Shown one piece after another: positions 18,834 to 29,387 of a DNA stretch of 41,570 bases (its first letter is position 1; every line of letters starts with the position of its first letter). The notes beneath the pieces are model-generated. The model had not been told where the DNA came from, ran no database searches, and saw only the letters and a list, made by a program, of their open reading frames with translations. The DNA lies in assembly GCA_964355295.1 (NCBI GenBank), contig CAYHCZ010000005.1, positions 1-41,570 on the forward strand. Direction: 5' to 3'. Made by a program: the position numbers and the translations under genes. This stretch comes from an uncultured Methanomicrobia archaeon (GTDB taxonomy: Archaea; Halobacteriota; Bog-38; Methanoflorentales; Methanoflorentaceae).

Positions 18834-20747
18834 TCACTCGACAAAGCTAGCGTTGCGTTCTTTCTCCTTTTGTAGCCAAAGTTCTAGAACAACAACTTGC
18901 CACACTGCGTACCCTCCCCGAGTATCCCCTTTGGTCACCAAGTCAAACGCTTTGCGGGCTTGAGAGATCTCAACGTAATTATCGACCAGGCGATGCTCCT
19001 TTGACAAGACTTCCTGCACAAGCGCCTTGTCAAACGTACGTAAACCACGATAGAAGACTGCCGCATTGCTCGATTTGTCAACTCGACATCGTATTGCGCG
19101 CGGAAGACAATTAACCAATGCACGCCGCGCCACTACCCTGTTAAACCCTGCGCTTAGCTTTTGCTCTGCTGGGAGGGCTAAGCAGAACTCGACCAACCGC
19201 CGGTCGTAAAACGGATGTCGGCCCTCCATTGAAAAATCTGCAAAAATCTGATCCATCACTTCTAGGTCAAATTGCACTTTCGGCGCCGTAAGGTCTTTGT
19301 AGTGCCTCTCGCGCGCCGTCCGGGTCGTCGATCGAGCACGGTCGACGATGTCCACTTGCGGCTCGAGCTTAATGCGCTCAGCAAAGTCTCGTTTAATCAA
19401 CAGTTCTGGGGCTGCTGGCTGCACTACCTGTGGCACTGCCCTACGCAACGTTCTACGAACGATGTTAGGCGCTGATGCGACCAACATAGGTAACAAAATG
19501 TCACGTCGTGATCTATGAGTACGCTTAGAGAGCGCGTTGATCTCCCGTAGCAGGGTGCGCAGTTTCAGGTTGCGCGCCAGTTCAAAGAAACGGCCGTCGC
19601 CATGCGATACGACACTATCACCGTCCTCGCCGTCTAAGATCACACGAATCCGAGCATTTCGGGCGGCTGCCAGCAATGCCAGCCCAATTTGATCGCCGGC
19701 CGAGTGATAAAGCTGATCGAGTTGCCGCACAATCTCCTGAACGTCATCAAAAGGGTCTCGCTCATCAGCCGGCACTAAATGGGACTCAAGATCGCCTTGG
19801 GCAACGATCGCGTTGATGAAGTAACGCTCGTCACTCTCCGGCACATTGTCGTAGAAAGCGGAGAACGTTTGGAGCCGCTGTGATGGTAAACGCCCGTTTA
19901 GATCTTGCTTCCTCAGCAGCTCACGCGCTACGCACACGACCGAAGATGAGTCAAGTCCGCCGCTAAGCAGTGACCCGACAGGATAAGCGCTGCGGAGGCG
20001 ACAACGAACGGCTTGTGTGAAGAGGTCACGATAAGCACGCGCATACTCCTCATCTGAAGCAAGGTGGATTTCACGCGTAGGATCAAGGAACCAATACCGA
20101 CGGAGTTCGACACGTCGATCGCTGATAAGCAACGTATGAGCGGCAGGCAACCGCACGATGTCGGCGTAGAAAGTGATTTCCCGGTCCTCAAAGTTGCTTT
20201 TCAAATAATGCATTATTTGCACCTCGTTGACCTTCCGGGGAACGTCCGGGACAGTGAAGAGGGCTTTGATTTCGGAAGCGAAGGCAAAAAGGTGATTTTG
20301 AGCGTGATAGTAATAGAATGGCTTGACCCCCATGTGGTCTCGGGCACAGAAGAGCTGCTGCTGAGAGCCGTCCCATATAGCAAACGCGAAGTCGCCGAGG
20401 AGGTGTTCGGGACAGTGCCGGCCCCAGCGGTCGTATGCACGAACGATGAGCTCGCTGTCGGCGATCTCGTCAGGTGATGCAGTTAAGCCAAAAACTGAGA
20501 TGAGCTCATCACGATTATCGATACGAGCATCACTCGTCACGGTGAGTGGGGCAAGGGTGAACGGCAATCGTTCGTAAAGGGATTCCGGAGTCGTCCAGAG
20601 CATTCGGTGGCCGAGCCCGACGGAGCTTTCTTGCCACGTGCCCGCAGCGTCGGGACCGCGTCGCGCGAGGCTATCGGTCATGTGCTCAAGTAGGCTAGGG
20701 TCAAGACTCTTGTCATCAAGGCGATAAATTCCGAGAATGCCGCTCAT
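18834..20747 (-). CDS. Lasso peptide cyclase C3
   Basis: MSGILGIY, RRGPD, DARIDNR, SGGLDSSS, RHPFYDRR. Confidence 0.92.
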   Translation of the reverse strand: MSGILGIYRLDDKSLDPSLLEHMTDSLARRGPDAAGTWQESSVGLGHRMLWTTPESLYERLPFTLAPLTVTSDARIDNRDELISVFGLTASPDEIADSELIVRAYDRWGRHCPEHLLGDFAFAIWDGSQQQLFCARDHMGVKPFYYYHAQNHLFAFASEIKALFTVPDVPRKVNEVQIMHYLKSNFEDREITFYADIVRLPAAHTLLISDRRVELRRYWFLDPTREIHLASDEEYARAYRDLFTQAVRCRLRSAYPVGSLLSGGLDSSSVVCVARELLRKQDLNGRLPSQRLQTFSAFYDNVPESDERYFINAIVAQGDLESHLVPADERDPFDDVQEIVRQLDQLYHSAGDQIGLALLAAARNARIRVILDGEDGDSVVSHGDGRFFELARNLKLRTLLREINALSKRTHRSRRDILLPMLVASAPNIVRRTLRRAVPQVVQPAAPELLIKRDFAERIKLEPQVDIVDRARSTTRTARERHYKDLTAPKVQFDLEVMDQIFADFSMEGRHPFYDRRLVEFCLALPAEQKLSAGFNRVVARRALVNCLPRAIRCRVDKSSNAAVFYRGLRTFDKALVQEVLSKEHRLVDNYVEISQARKAFDLVTKGDTRGGYAVWQVVVLELWLQKEKERNASFVE

Positions 20748-20798
20748 TGGGGGGTTCCATCAACTGCGCTGGTGTCTTCGCGCCATCCGTTGTTTAGG

Positions 20799-21812
20799 TT
20801 AGGTGCTCGAAGTTGATATACGCTTAAAGCGTTCCCGTGCCGCCCCCAGGGTGTACAGAATGTCAACTGCGATCGTGGCCCCTGCGAGTGCGGTGATTTG
20901 ACCTGGGTTATCGTACGGCGGCGAGAGCTCCACAACATCTCCACCCACGATGTTCAATCCTTCAACGCTCCATAGAATTGCGCGGGATTTAAACGTGTCC
21001 GGCCCGCCAATCACGGGGGTGCCGGTTCCGGGCGCAAAAGCAGGGTCAATGAAATCGATGTCAAATGTCAGATAGACGGGGCTTTCACCGACGATCTTTC
21101 TGACTTCATTACCGATCTGCGCTGCCGTGTGCTCATTCACGAAGAGCCCATCAAGAACGCTAAAGCCTTTACCCGTCGATCGATCGTATGGCGAGCGGAC
21201 GCCGATGTGCACAGAGCGCCGCGGATCGACCAGACCTTCCTGAACGGCACGATAGAACTGGGCACCGTGATTGTACTCTTCTGAGTCGAGGTCATCGGTG
21301 TGGGCATCAAAGTGAACGAGTGACAGAGGACCATAACGTTTGGCATAAGCGCGAAGAATAGGGTACGTAGCGAAATGGTCGCCTCCGAGCATTAAGATTG
21401 ACGCACCAACGCTTAGAATGAGCCCGGCCATTAACTCTGTGTTCTTGATCATCTTCTCAGGATGGCCTGGCGGACACCGCACGTCGCCGAAGTCTCGGGT
21501 CTTATACCTCTCTTTGACATCATAGTCTCTCGGCCACGCACGTCCACGTCCGTGCAGGCCGGTATACTGCGAGAGATCACGAAGGGCGCGAGGTCCAAAG
21601 CGTGCCCCTGGCCGGTAAGAAGTGCCGAGATCGAACGGGATTCCGAGAATGGCTAGCTCGGTGTCAGCTTGGTCAGTAGGAAACGGCGCATTCATAAAAG
21701 AGGTATCAAGGCCGACTAGAGCTTGGTGCCCCTCTCTGTTAATGAGGTCTTCTAACTTTCCATCCGCGTCAGGATTCTTTCGCACAGTCGCTCCCAATTT
21801 TGCTATATCCAT
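20799..21812 (-). CDS. speB: Agmatinase/arginase-family (ureohydrolase) protein
   Basis: GIPFDLGTSYRPGARFGP, GGDH, DAHTD, DIDFIDPAFAPGTGTP; Mn ligands intact; substrate not established. Confidence 0.88.
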   Translation of the reverse strand: MDIAKLGATVRKNPDADGKLEDLINREGHQALVGLDTSFMNAPFPTDQADTELAILGIPFDLGTSYRPGARFGPRALRDLSQYTGLHGRGRAWPRDYDVKERYKTRDFGDVRCPPGHPEKMIKNTELMAGLILSVGASILMLGGDHFATYPILRAYAKRYGPLSLVHFDAHTDDLDSEEYNHGAQFYRAVQEGLVDPRRSVHIGVRSPYDRSTGKGFSVLDGLFVNEHTAAQIGNEVRKIVGESPVYLTFDIDFIDPAFAPGTGTPVIGGPDTFKSRAILWSVEGLNIVGGDVVELSPPYDNPGQITALAGATIAVDILYTLGAARERFKRISTSST

Positions 21813-22009
21813 TTTCTAATCGAACACATATAAACTCTCACCGTTCTGCGACTTTTTGTGTCAGCGGTTCTCTTTCTTTATTGGGATTATCGAATTAAGT
21901 AATCAATAGTCTATAATCCGAATATTAGGGGGCGCTGCTGTGGAAAACTTTAAGAGACCTTTCGAATTGGCGCGCTCGAGAGGAAAGGTTAACTAAGGAT
22001 CGGTCAATA

Positions 22010-22435
22010 TCGCCACGTCCTCAACCTGCTTGTTGATGCGCTTAATGAGAACAAAAGAGCACTAAACGACTCAAAAATTGCCGTTCTTGGAATTGCTTAC
22101 AAGGAAAACTTGGGAGATTATCGCGAGAGCCCGACGGAACGGTTGATCGAAGGACTCAAAAAGGGGAGAGCAAGGATCCATCTTGTTGATCTACACGTGG
22201 ACCAGGACATCTTGCGTACATTTGCAACACCTGAGGCGACCGTTTACGACACTCTAAATTCTGCGGATGCTCTCGTCCTCATGACTGCACATAGCGATTT
22301 TGCGGACTTGACCTATCAAAAATAAAGGATATAATGCGCACTCCAATAATCGTAGATGGACGAAGGATGTTCGACCCTGGAGCAACTGCTGAAATTGGAT
22401 TCACCTATAAAGGTGTAGGAGCTGTAAACAAATGA
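22010..22435 (+). pseudogene. C-terminal remnant of a UDP-sugar dehydrogenase (WecC/WbpA-like)
   Basis: KIAVLGIAYKENLGDYRESP...ADALVLMTAHSDF, frameshift near 22320, then IMRTPIIVDGRRMFD...YKGVG; N-terminal domains absent. Confidence 0.8.
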
Positions 22436-22788
22436 CGCATCAAGAAATTTAGCTCGTCGGGCTTCTGGGCCGGCCCGACCCGGCAACTTCCCCCTTTGCT
22501 CTGAAAATATGCACCGCCCAGAGAATGGATTAAGCGCTTAAACAGAAGCGTGTTTGTCTTTCATTGTCGAAAGCCAAGATTTTCAAGAACCCCTTCATAC
22601 TGTCTAAAAAGGCTTTCGAAATAGAGCTGCGGAAACGTCGGTACCTTGTCACTGTCACCGTTTTCCGTCTGCAATCGAAGTGCTACCGGATGATCATGCG
22701 GGAAATACGGTGGGTTGCAGGCGCTTCGTTTTAGCAATATCATGTGCTCCTCGTATAGATAGAAGTCTGGAAGCTCTGCGCTTCATAG

Positions 22789-23958
22789 CTAGAGTCGGGG
22801 TTGCAACAGTGAAACGACAAATTCCACCGTCACGCGAAGAGGGTGGTAAAAGTAGTAAAAAGGCGTCAATGACGCCGGCAAGGACATAAGGCGAAAATCG
22901 TTTGCTGTAGGTACGAAAACATAAAAAAAGAGGATATGCACACGGTCTCTCAAGCTCTCTTTGGTCGCCAGCCGGTCAAAAACACTATCAAACTTTGAGC
23001 GGCGCTTAGGTTCTTTAAAAAGCGCATCTCTTGCATGCTCAGCAAGCTTTCGCGCTCCAGCATCGCGCTTAGCAGCAGCCAAAACCTCTTCAGGCACTGG
23101 TATATTGAAGAGATCGCACACCAAGAGGAGGCTTACAAAAAGCGCTCGTTGACCCTTCGTCTTTTGCACCTGCTCCCAAAGAAGGTCCCAATTGAGGCGA
23201 GGATACCGGTAGATGATCTCCGCCACGTCACTTATTACATCAAGAGAGAGCCAAAGATGACTCGCCGCGTGAATGCATGAAACGAACAGCAGATCCTCTG
23301 CGGATAGGATGCACACATTTTCGCCGAGCAAGCATATATCGGACGAGTTATTCACGAGATCCGGCACGATTGACACACGTAGATATGCAGCAGACATGAT
23401 ATCCCAATGCAGGTCGACCTCGGCCTCACCGAAAGCCGCGCTCTCAAACTGACGCTCAAAGCCACACTTGAGAAGAAGGCGCTCTTGGACGCTGTTGCAG
23501 CGAATCCGAGGTTCATACTCGGCTGAACGAAGTAGTACCTGCACGCGTGCAAAATCTTCTTTGAGTATCAAGATGTCAAGATCCTCACTACGCCGAATGC
23601 CAACATCCTGGTATATTAGTTGTGAGAAAACGGGCCCTCGTAAGGGAATCAAAAGGATGCCGTTATCTTTAAACAAACGAATGAGGCGACGGAGCTCTCC
23701 AATCAAGCCTAGGTTCCTTAGCACGTTCTTCTCAAAATTACAACGCAGGTCATCCATTACTATTAACGGCACGCGATCAAACGCCAAGTCGTTAAGATGC
23801 TTGTAAAGGCGGGCCACTACCAAGTGCCGCTCCGCGAGCGCAACAAGGCGGTTCCAGTCAACGTCCTCCTCCAGCAACGCGTGAGCGCGCTCCGCGGCAG
23901 GGCCGTCGAGGTGTGCCCGCGCACATAACAACAATAACTCTTCTTCGGGCGTGCTCAT
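22789..23958 (-). CDS. Nucleotidyltransferase family protein (NTP_transf_5, lasso-associated type)
   Basis: DWNRLVALAERHLV, PLRGP (usually LKG), RRSEDLDILI, VDLHW, CIHAASH. Confidence 0.85.
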   Translation of the reverse strand: MSTPEEELLLLCARAHLDGPAAERAHALLEEDVDWNRLVALAERHLVVARLYKHLNDLAFDRVPLIVMDDLRCNFEKNVLRNLGLIGELRRLIRLFKDNGILLIPLRGPVFSQLIYQDVGIRRSEDLDILILKEDFARVQVLLRSAEYEPRIRCNSVQERLLLKCGFERQFESAAFGEAEVDLHWDIMSAAYLRVSIVPDLVNNSSDICLLGENVCILSAEDLLFVSCIHAASHLWLSLDVISDVAEIIYRYPRLNWDLLWEQVQKTKGQRALFVSLLLVCDLFNIPVPEEVLAAAKRDAGARKLAEHARDALFKEPKRRSKFDSVFDRLATKESLRDRVHILFFYVFVPTANDFRLMSLPASLTPFYYFYHPLRVTVEFVVSLLQPRL

Positions 23959-24811
23959 GTTAAGCGTGGTGTGCCTGCGTTCTTATTTGAGTTTGTTATA
24001 GTGTGACCTTTGTAACGACCAGACTTAACAGCATTACGCTCATCGTGCTGGGCCGTACCTGCGCTTTGTCATCATCTACGAATTCGTGTTTGCTTAAACG
24101 ATTGTTGTCAACAAGACGTTTTCTGTTCGCTAAGATATACAGTCCACTTTATGGGGGGGCCACAAGGCATCAGCTCGTAAATCTCAAAGTGGCCGGAGCG
24201 AGTGAATTAGTAGGGTAACTTGCACACTTTAGCTTTACTGGTTCGGGTAAGGCTATATCATTTCGGCTCTATTCTTGTAGTAGTTGGCAAGCGGCGTGAA
24301 GAGGCACACGAAACACGAAACGTAAGTTGTGCGACTTACTTTTTAGTTGCGCGGCAGCGAATGAGTGATGCAGGATCCCTGTGCTCTCGCCAACCGTATC
24401 AAGTATAGCCAGTCCAAGTTGTTTTGAAGCAACGCTTTCAGCTGCGTTCTGGTTTCTTCCTCGAGGTGCTTCCTTGCACAGCAAAGGAGCGATTCCTATC
24501 CAGCGCGAGATGTCACCTTGATTGTTTGTGTGGCTTAGTTCCTTTTTGCGTATAGATATGTCGATGACAGATTCGTTTTCACTGGCCAAAACGCAGGAAT
24601 CAAATAAGCTTCATTTTATGTAGACTTCTCACTACGTTTCTTGATGCAACTAATTGATGACGCGGCGGACGACTGGAAAAAGGTTGAGTGACCTTTCAAA
24701 AAGAAAGTGGCCGTTGCTCAGAAACATGGCGGAAGCAAAAAGTCCTATGATAGAGGCGATCAGTTGCACTTACGTCTTATTCATTCATCTTTTTCGCCTT
24801 CAGACGGACCA

Positions 24812-26146
24812 CTAACATAAATCCTGTCCCACACCAACTGCGAGAAACGTGAGGCGAGTCCCAAACTCGTGTGGATCAAAGATGCGCCGAGCGTCTATTA
24901 CCACTGGTTTCACCATGGGATAAATGAAATCATCCGGCGTCAGCTTCTTGAACTCCTCCCACTCCGTCAAAACTATACAACAGTGAGCGCCTGCAAGGCA
25001 TTCTGAAATTGAGGGCGGAAAATCAAGCCCTTCAAAGCCAGGCTGATTTACTCGCTTAACCACGGGGTCGAACGCGCTGACGTGCGCGCCCGCCTTTAGG
25101 AGTTCGCGGGCAACTTTAAGGGATGGCGCCTCGCGCAAGTCATCGGTATCGGGCTTGAAAGAGAGGCCGAGGAGGGCCACTTTTTTGTTCCGTGGTTCCC
25201 CGAGCGTTGAGAGAGCGAGCTGAGCGACATGGGAGGCTTGCGTTTGATTTACCGCTAGCGTGGCCCTCAGCAAAGGCGCTGGATACCCATTTGCCTCAGC
25301 GAACTTACATAACGCTTTTGTATCCTTGGGTAGGCATGAGCCCCCAAAACCCGCGCCGGCATTGAGGAATCTGGGGTTAATCCTCTCGTCCAGTCCCACA
25401 CCTGCCATCACCTTAGACACATCGACGCCTGGAACCCGTTCACAAATACGCGCCATTTCGTTCGCATAGGAGATCTTCATCGCAAGAAAGGTGTTGCTCG
25501 CGTATTTGACCATCTCTGCTGATTCGAGACTCATCCTGAGTAAGGGAGTTTCCGGCCCATAAAAATCCTCAAGCAGATCTGCAAGCAGTTGGCCCGACCG
25601 CTTGTCATATTCTCCAATTACCACACGATCGGGGCTCAACGTATCCCGAATTGCCGATCCTTGCCGGAGGAATTCTGGATTCATGCACAGGCCAAAATCA
25701 CGCCCTGCAACGAGTCCCGATGCTTCTTCGAGAGCGGCCTTGACAGGGCCCCGCACCGTCCCAGGCGTTACGGTGCTTTTGACCACAACGAGGTGGTAGG
25801 CCTTCTTCTGTTGTAGTGCACGCCCGATGTCCTCGCTCGCACTGATGACATAACGCAGGTCGATCGTCCCGTCAGCTTTTTCCGGCGTGCCTACGGTGAG
25901 AAATGTGACCTCAGTTTGACGCACGGCTTCCGAACGGTCAATCTCGGCGCGTAAGTGTCCCGACTCAATGCCTGTTCGCACCGCTTCATCCAGTCCTGGT
26001 TCATGAAAGGGGGCCCGCTTGGCATTGATGATGCGCACCTTATCTTGGTTGCGCGTGGAGGCGATTACATCGTAGCCCCTCGACGCAAAGCATGCGGCGG
26101 TGCTTAAGCCAACGTACCCGGTTCCGACGATTGATATGCGCTGCAC
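24812..26146 (-). CDS. ugd: UDP-glucose/GDP-mannose 6-dehydrogenase
   Basis: GTGYVG, KSTVTPG, NPEFLRQG, GFGGSCLPKD, FKPDTDDLREAP. Confidence 0.92.
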   Translation of the reverse strand: MQRISIVGTGYVGLSTAACFASRGYDVIASTRNQDKVRIINAKRAPFHEPGLDEAVRTGIESGHLRAEIDRSEAVRQTEVTFLTVGTPEKADGTIDLRYVISASEDIGRALQQKKAYHLVVVKSTVTPGTVRGPVKAALEEASGLVAGRDFGLCMNPEFLRQGSAIRDTLSPDRVVIGEYDKRSGQLLADLLEDFYGPETPLLRMSLESAEMVKYASNTFLAMKISYANEMARICERVPGVDVSKVMAGVGLDERINPRFLNAGAGFGGSCLPKDTKALCKFAEANGYPAPLLRATLAVNQTQASHVAQLALSTLGEPRNKKVALLGLSFKPDTDDLREAPSLKVARELLKAGAHVSAFDPVVKRVNQPGFEGLDFPPSISECLAGAHCCIVLTEWEEFKKLTPDDFIYPMVKPVVIDARRIFDPHEFGTRLTFLAVGVGQDLC

Positions 26147-26682
26147 TGCGTTTTCGTGTGGCTGTCATTCATTTAAAAGTTGTGTTTGCGCGACGCCAGG
26201 TTTCCTTTGAAGAAGAAAGAGCCATCGCCGATGCACGCGCGGTAGGTGTCCCCCTAGAGTTGACATAAGAGAAGCACTATGCGATAAGAGTTGCCTCGTT
26301 TTTCTGCACACATCGCTTATTCTTGTTCTTGAGGGCCCTGGTATTCGGCAAGACGATTAGCGCCACAAGTCGTGATGTTGGTCCTCCCAAGTAGAGTGTC
26401 AAACTTTTATCGCAGCTGGTTGCAGAACAATCAAAAAATCTTTAACGGAGTCATCCTAAGTAGTTCACACCAAAGAGCGAAGCCGCGTGTCATTAAAAGG
26501 CTTTCTTATAGTTGCTCCTTGAGTGCTATGGCGCGCGAGCAGTAAAACAAGTTAGAGGTACTTGATGATTTGCCCGAGAGAAGAATTCAAACCGTATCTC
26601 GCAACCTTCAGACCGCGAGCGAGGTATTCCCCCTTCAGACGATCAGCAATTGCAGCAACATCCTCCGATGAGAAAGGGGAAA

Positions 26683-27564
26683 ATGATTAAAAAAGCAGTC
26701 ATACCCGCAGCGGGGTTAGGCACGCGCTTTCTTCCTGTGACGAAAGTGCAGCCAAAAGAGATGCTGCCGATTGTGGATAAGCCCGTCATACAGTTTGTCG
26801 TCGAAGAGGCGATATCATCGGGCATAGACGATATCATCATCATTACCGGACGAGGCAAGCGGACGATAGAGGATTACTTCGATTTCTCTCCAGAGCTTGA
26901 AAACCACTTAGCTCAGAACGAAAAGCGTGATGAGCTTGAAGAAATAAGGGCAATCTCCTCTTTGGCTGACATCCATTATATTCGGCAAAAAGAGCCAAAA
27001 GGGCTTGGAGATGCTGTCTTAAAGGCAGAGAAACACGTTGGAGCCGAACCCTTTGCCGTATTGCTCGGCGATGACATCATTAAGTCAAACGTTCCGTGCA
27101 TCAGGCAACTCGCAAACCTCTTTGTAACGTGCAAGTGCCCGTTGATTGCCGTTGAGAATGTCTCAAAAGAGAGAGTGCCTCAATACGGCATCATAAAAGG
27201 GGTAAAAGTCACAGATTCACTCTACCGCGTGAGCGACCTGGTTGAGAAGCCTAAACTCGGAGAAGCCCCTTCTCGCTTGGGCATCGTCGGACGGTACCTA
27301 ATGACCCCAGATCTCTTTGATTGCATCAAGCAGGTTTCTCGTTCAGCACAAGGTGAGGTACAACTCACGGATGCGATAAGACTGCTGCTGCAAGAGCGCG
27401 ACGTCTATGCCCACGTGATCGAAGGAAAAAGATACGACACGGGGGACAAGATCGGCTACATAAAAGCAGTTATAGATTTCGCACTGGAAAGGGAAGACTT
27501 AAGCAGTGAAATAGGCCAGTACCTACTCGAGAAAGTCTCAGGATCAACAGAGGATATGGGATAA
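26683..27564 (+). CDS. galU: UTP-glucose-1-phosphate uridylyltransferase
   Basis: KAVIPAAGLGTRFLP, PKEMLP, RQKEPKGLGDA, VEKP, EVQLTDA. Confidence 0.95.
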   Translation: MIKKAVIPAAGLGTRFLPVTKVQPKEMLPIVDKPVIQFVVEEAISSGIDDIIIITGRGKRTIEDYFDFSPELENHLAQNEKRDELEEIRAISSLADIHYIRQKEPKGLGDAVLKAEKHVGAEPFAVLLGDDIIKSNVPCIRQLANLFVTCKCPLIAVENVSKERVPQYGIIKGVKVTDSLYRVSDLVEKPKLGEAPSRLGIVGRYLMTPDLFDCIKQVSRSAQGEVQLTDAIRLLLQERDVYAHVIEGKRYDTGDKIGYIKAVIDFALEREDLSSEIGQYLLEKVSGSTEDMG

Positions 27565-27799
27565 TGCTTCACTGTTGCAGCTTGTTGCAGTTCGTTTTTT
27601 CTTTGCCACGCTCTGAGTGCCTCGATGTTCTCGCAGCGTCGATAATGAACGATCGTAGAAAAGGCAGGCGCCGGTTCGAAAGGCCTCCGGTTTTTAGAAG
27701 CGAGACTAGCGATGGTGCGATTGCACCGAGAGTTATCCACAATATGTTATCAAAATAAAAAGATAGTTAGACCTCTTCTCAATAACTATCAGGTCGACC

Positions 27800-28216
27800 A
27801 TGTTAGAAAAGTTCTATGACGAAAACGATGAACTGCTCGCACTCGTTATCGGCTCGCGTTACGAAAAGGATGGGGTCGAATTCTTCACGCCAGGTAATTT
27901 CTCCCAGCAGCTTGGGTATATGTACCACCAAAAAGGCAAGGTCATTCCGCCCCACATACACAACCGCGTCAATCGCGAAATTCAACTTACTCAAGAGGTG
28001 CTCTTCGTCCGAAAAGGCAGGGTCAAGGTTGACTTCTATAACACGAAGCAGACATTTGTCGCCAGTACGGTACTGGAAACGGGCGATGTGATTCTTTTGG
28101 CATCGGGGGGGCACGGTTTTACCATGCTCGAACCGACAGAGATGATAGAAGTAAAACAGGGCCCCTATTTGGGGGACCGCGATAAGACGAGGTTTTCGCC
28201 TTTGGTTGACGGTTAA
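27800..28216 (+). CDS. Cupin-fold protein (WbuC-like) of sugar loci
   Basis: PPHIH, QEVL, GGHGF, EVKQGPY. Confidence 0.75.
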   Translation: MLEKFYDENDELLALVIGSRYEKDGVEFFTPGNFSQQLGYMYHQKGKVIPPHIHNRVNREIQLTQEVLFVRKGRVKVDFYNTKQTFVASTVLETGDVILLASGGHGFTMLEPTEMIEVKQGPYLGDRDKTRFSPLVDG

Positions 28217-29387
28217 GCGGGGTCACGATGGAGGGCAATTGATTCCAGTTTACGAACCGCTGCTGAAAGATCGTGAGAAGCAACTTCTTGCCGAGTGCAT
28301 CGATAGCGGCTGGGTCTCGTCCGAGGGGCCGTTTGTCAGAGAATTTGAGGAGCAGTTCTCGCACTACATAGGAGCCCAACACGGTGTGGCCGTATGCAAT
28401 GGCACCGCAGCACTTGAGACGGCCCTATACGGGATTGGTGTACGAAAAGGCGATGAGATCATTATGCCCTCGTTTACCATCATCTCGTGTGCGCTTGCCG
28501 CCTTACGCTTGGGAGCACGGCCGGTACTCGTCGACATCGATCCGGATACGTGGAACATGGACACCACGCAAATCGAGTCTAAGATTACGCCGAGAACGAG
28601 GGCAATTATGCCCGTGCACATCTATGGGCTCCCCGTTGATATGGATCCTATCGTTGATCTTGCTGCCCAATACGATCTCAAGATCGTGGAAGACGCAGCA
28701 GAAGCCCACGGTGCAGAATATTTTAGCAGGGGAGGGGGAAACCGCTGGATAAAATGCGGCAATATGAGCGACGTCAGCTGTTTCTCCTTCTATGCTAATA
28801 AAATCGTCACAACAGGCGAGGGTGGGATGGTGGTGACCAACGATACCTCCGTTGCCGCACGGGCGGAGTCGTACCGGAACCTCTGTTTTCACGCAGAGAG
28901 GCGGTTCTTTCACACTGAACTTTGCTATAACTTTCGTATGACCAATCTCCAAGCCGCGGTTGGGATCGCGCAGCTCGAACGAATAGAGGAGACTATTGCG
29001 CTACGAAGGACACTTGCAACATACTACAAGCAACGTATGGCAGACGTGCTTGACGTGCGTTTTCAGGCCGAACCCTCCTACGGAAAGTCAGTATACTGGA
29101 TGTACGCGGTTCAGCTCGACGAAGCGCTGGGCGTGGATGCAGAATCGATGATGCGGCAGCTCAAAGACAAGGGCATCGGCACTCGTCCGTTTTTCCTCGG
29201 ACTGCACGCGCAGCCCGTTCTTTGGGAACACGGCTACGTTGTAGAGGAACAGTTCCCGCATACTGACCGAGCGCATAAACAGGGATTTTATCTGCCGTCA
29301 GGTCTCACGCTTACGAGGTCGCAAATCGACGTGGTGTGTGAAGCCGTCCATGAAATCGTTCAGGGGGGCAGGAATGGGAGTATTTGA
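28206..29387 (+). CDS. DegT/DnrJ/EryC1/StrS aminotransferase (perosamine-synthase-like)
   Basis: NGTAAL, PVHIYG, EDAAEAHG, SFYANKIVTTGEGG, NFRMTNLQAA. Confidence 0.92.
   Translation: MTVKRGHDGGQLIPVYEPLLKDREKQLLAECIDSGWVSSEGPFVREFEEQFSHYIGAQHGVAVCNGTAALETALYGIGVRKGDEIIMPSFTIISCALAALRLGARPVLVDIDPDTWNMDTTQIESKITPRTRAIMPVHIYGLPVDMDPIVDLAAQYDLKIVEDAAEAHGAEYFSRGGGNRWIKCGNMSDVSCFSFYANKIVTTGEGGMVVTNDTSVAARAESYRNLCFHAERRFFHTELCYNFRMTNLQAAVGIAQLERIEETIALRRTLATYYKQRMADVLDVRFQAEPSYGKSVYWMYAVQLDEALGVDAESMMRQLKDKGIGTRPFFLGLHAQPVLWEHGYVVEEQFPHTDRAHKQGFYLPSGLTLTRSQIDVVCEAVHEIVQGGRNGSI

Noticed and set aside
4727-20747. Calling the three Asn-synthetase-like genes asnB
   Set aside because: All have Ser instead of the N-terminal catalytic Cys and sit with B1, B2 and precursors
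23960-24810. ORFs 24003..24218, 24220..24408 and 24269..24589 as genes or precursors
   Set aside because: No motifs, no leader signature, mutually overlapping
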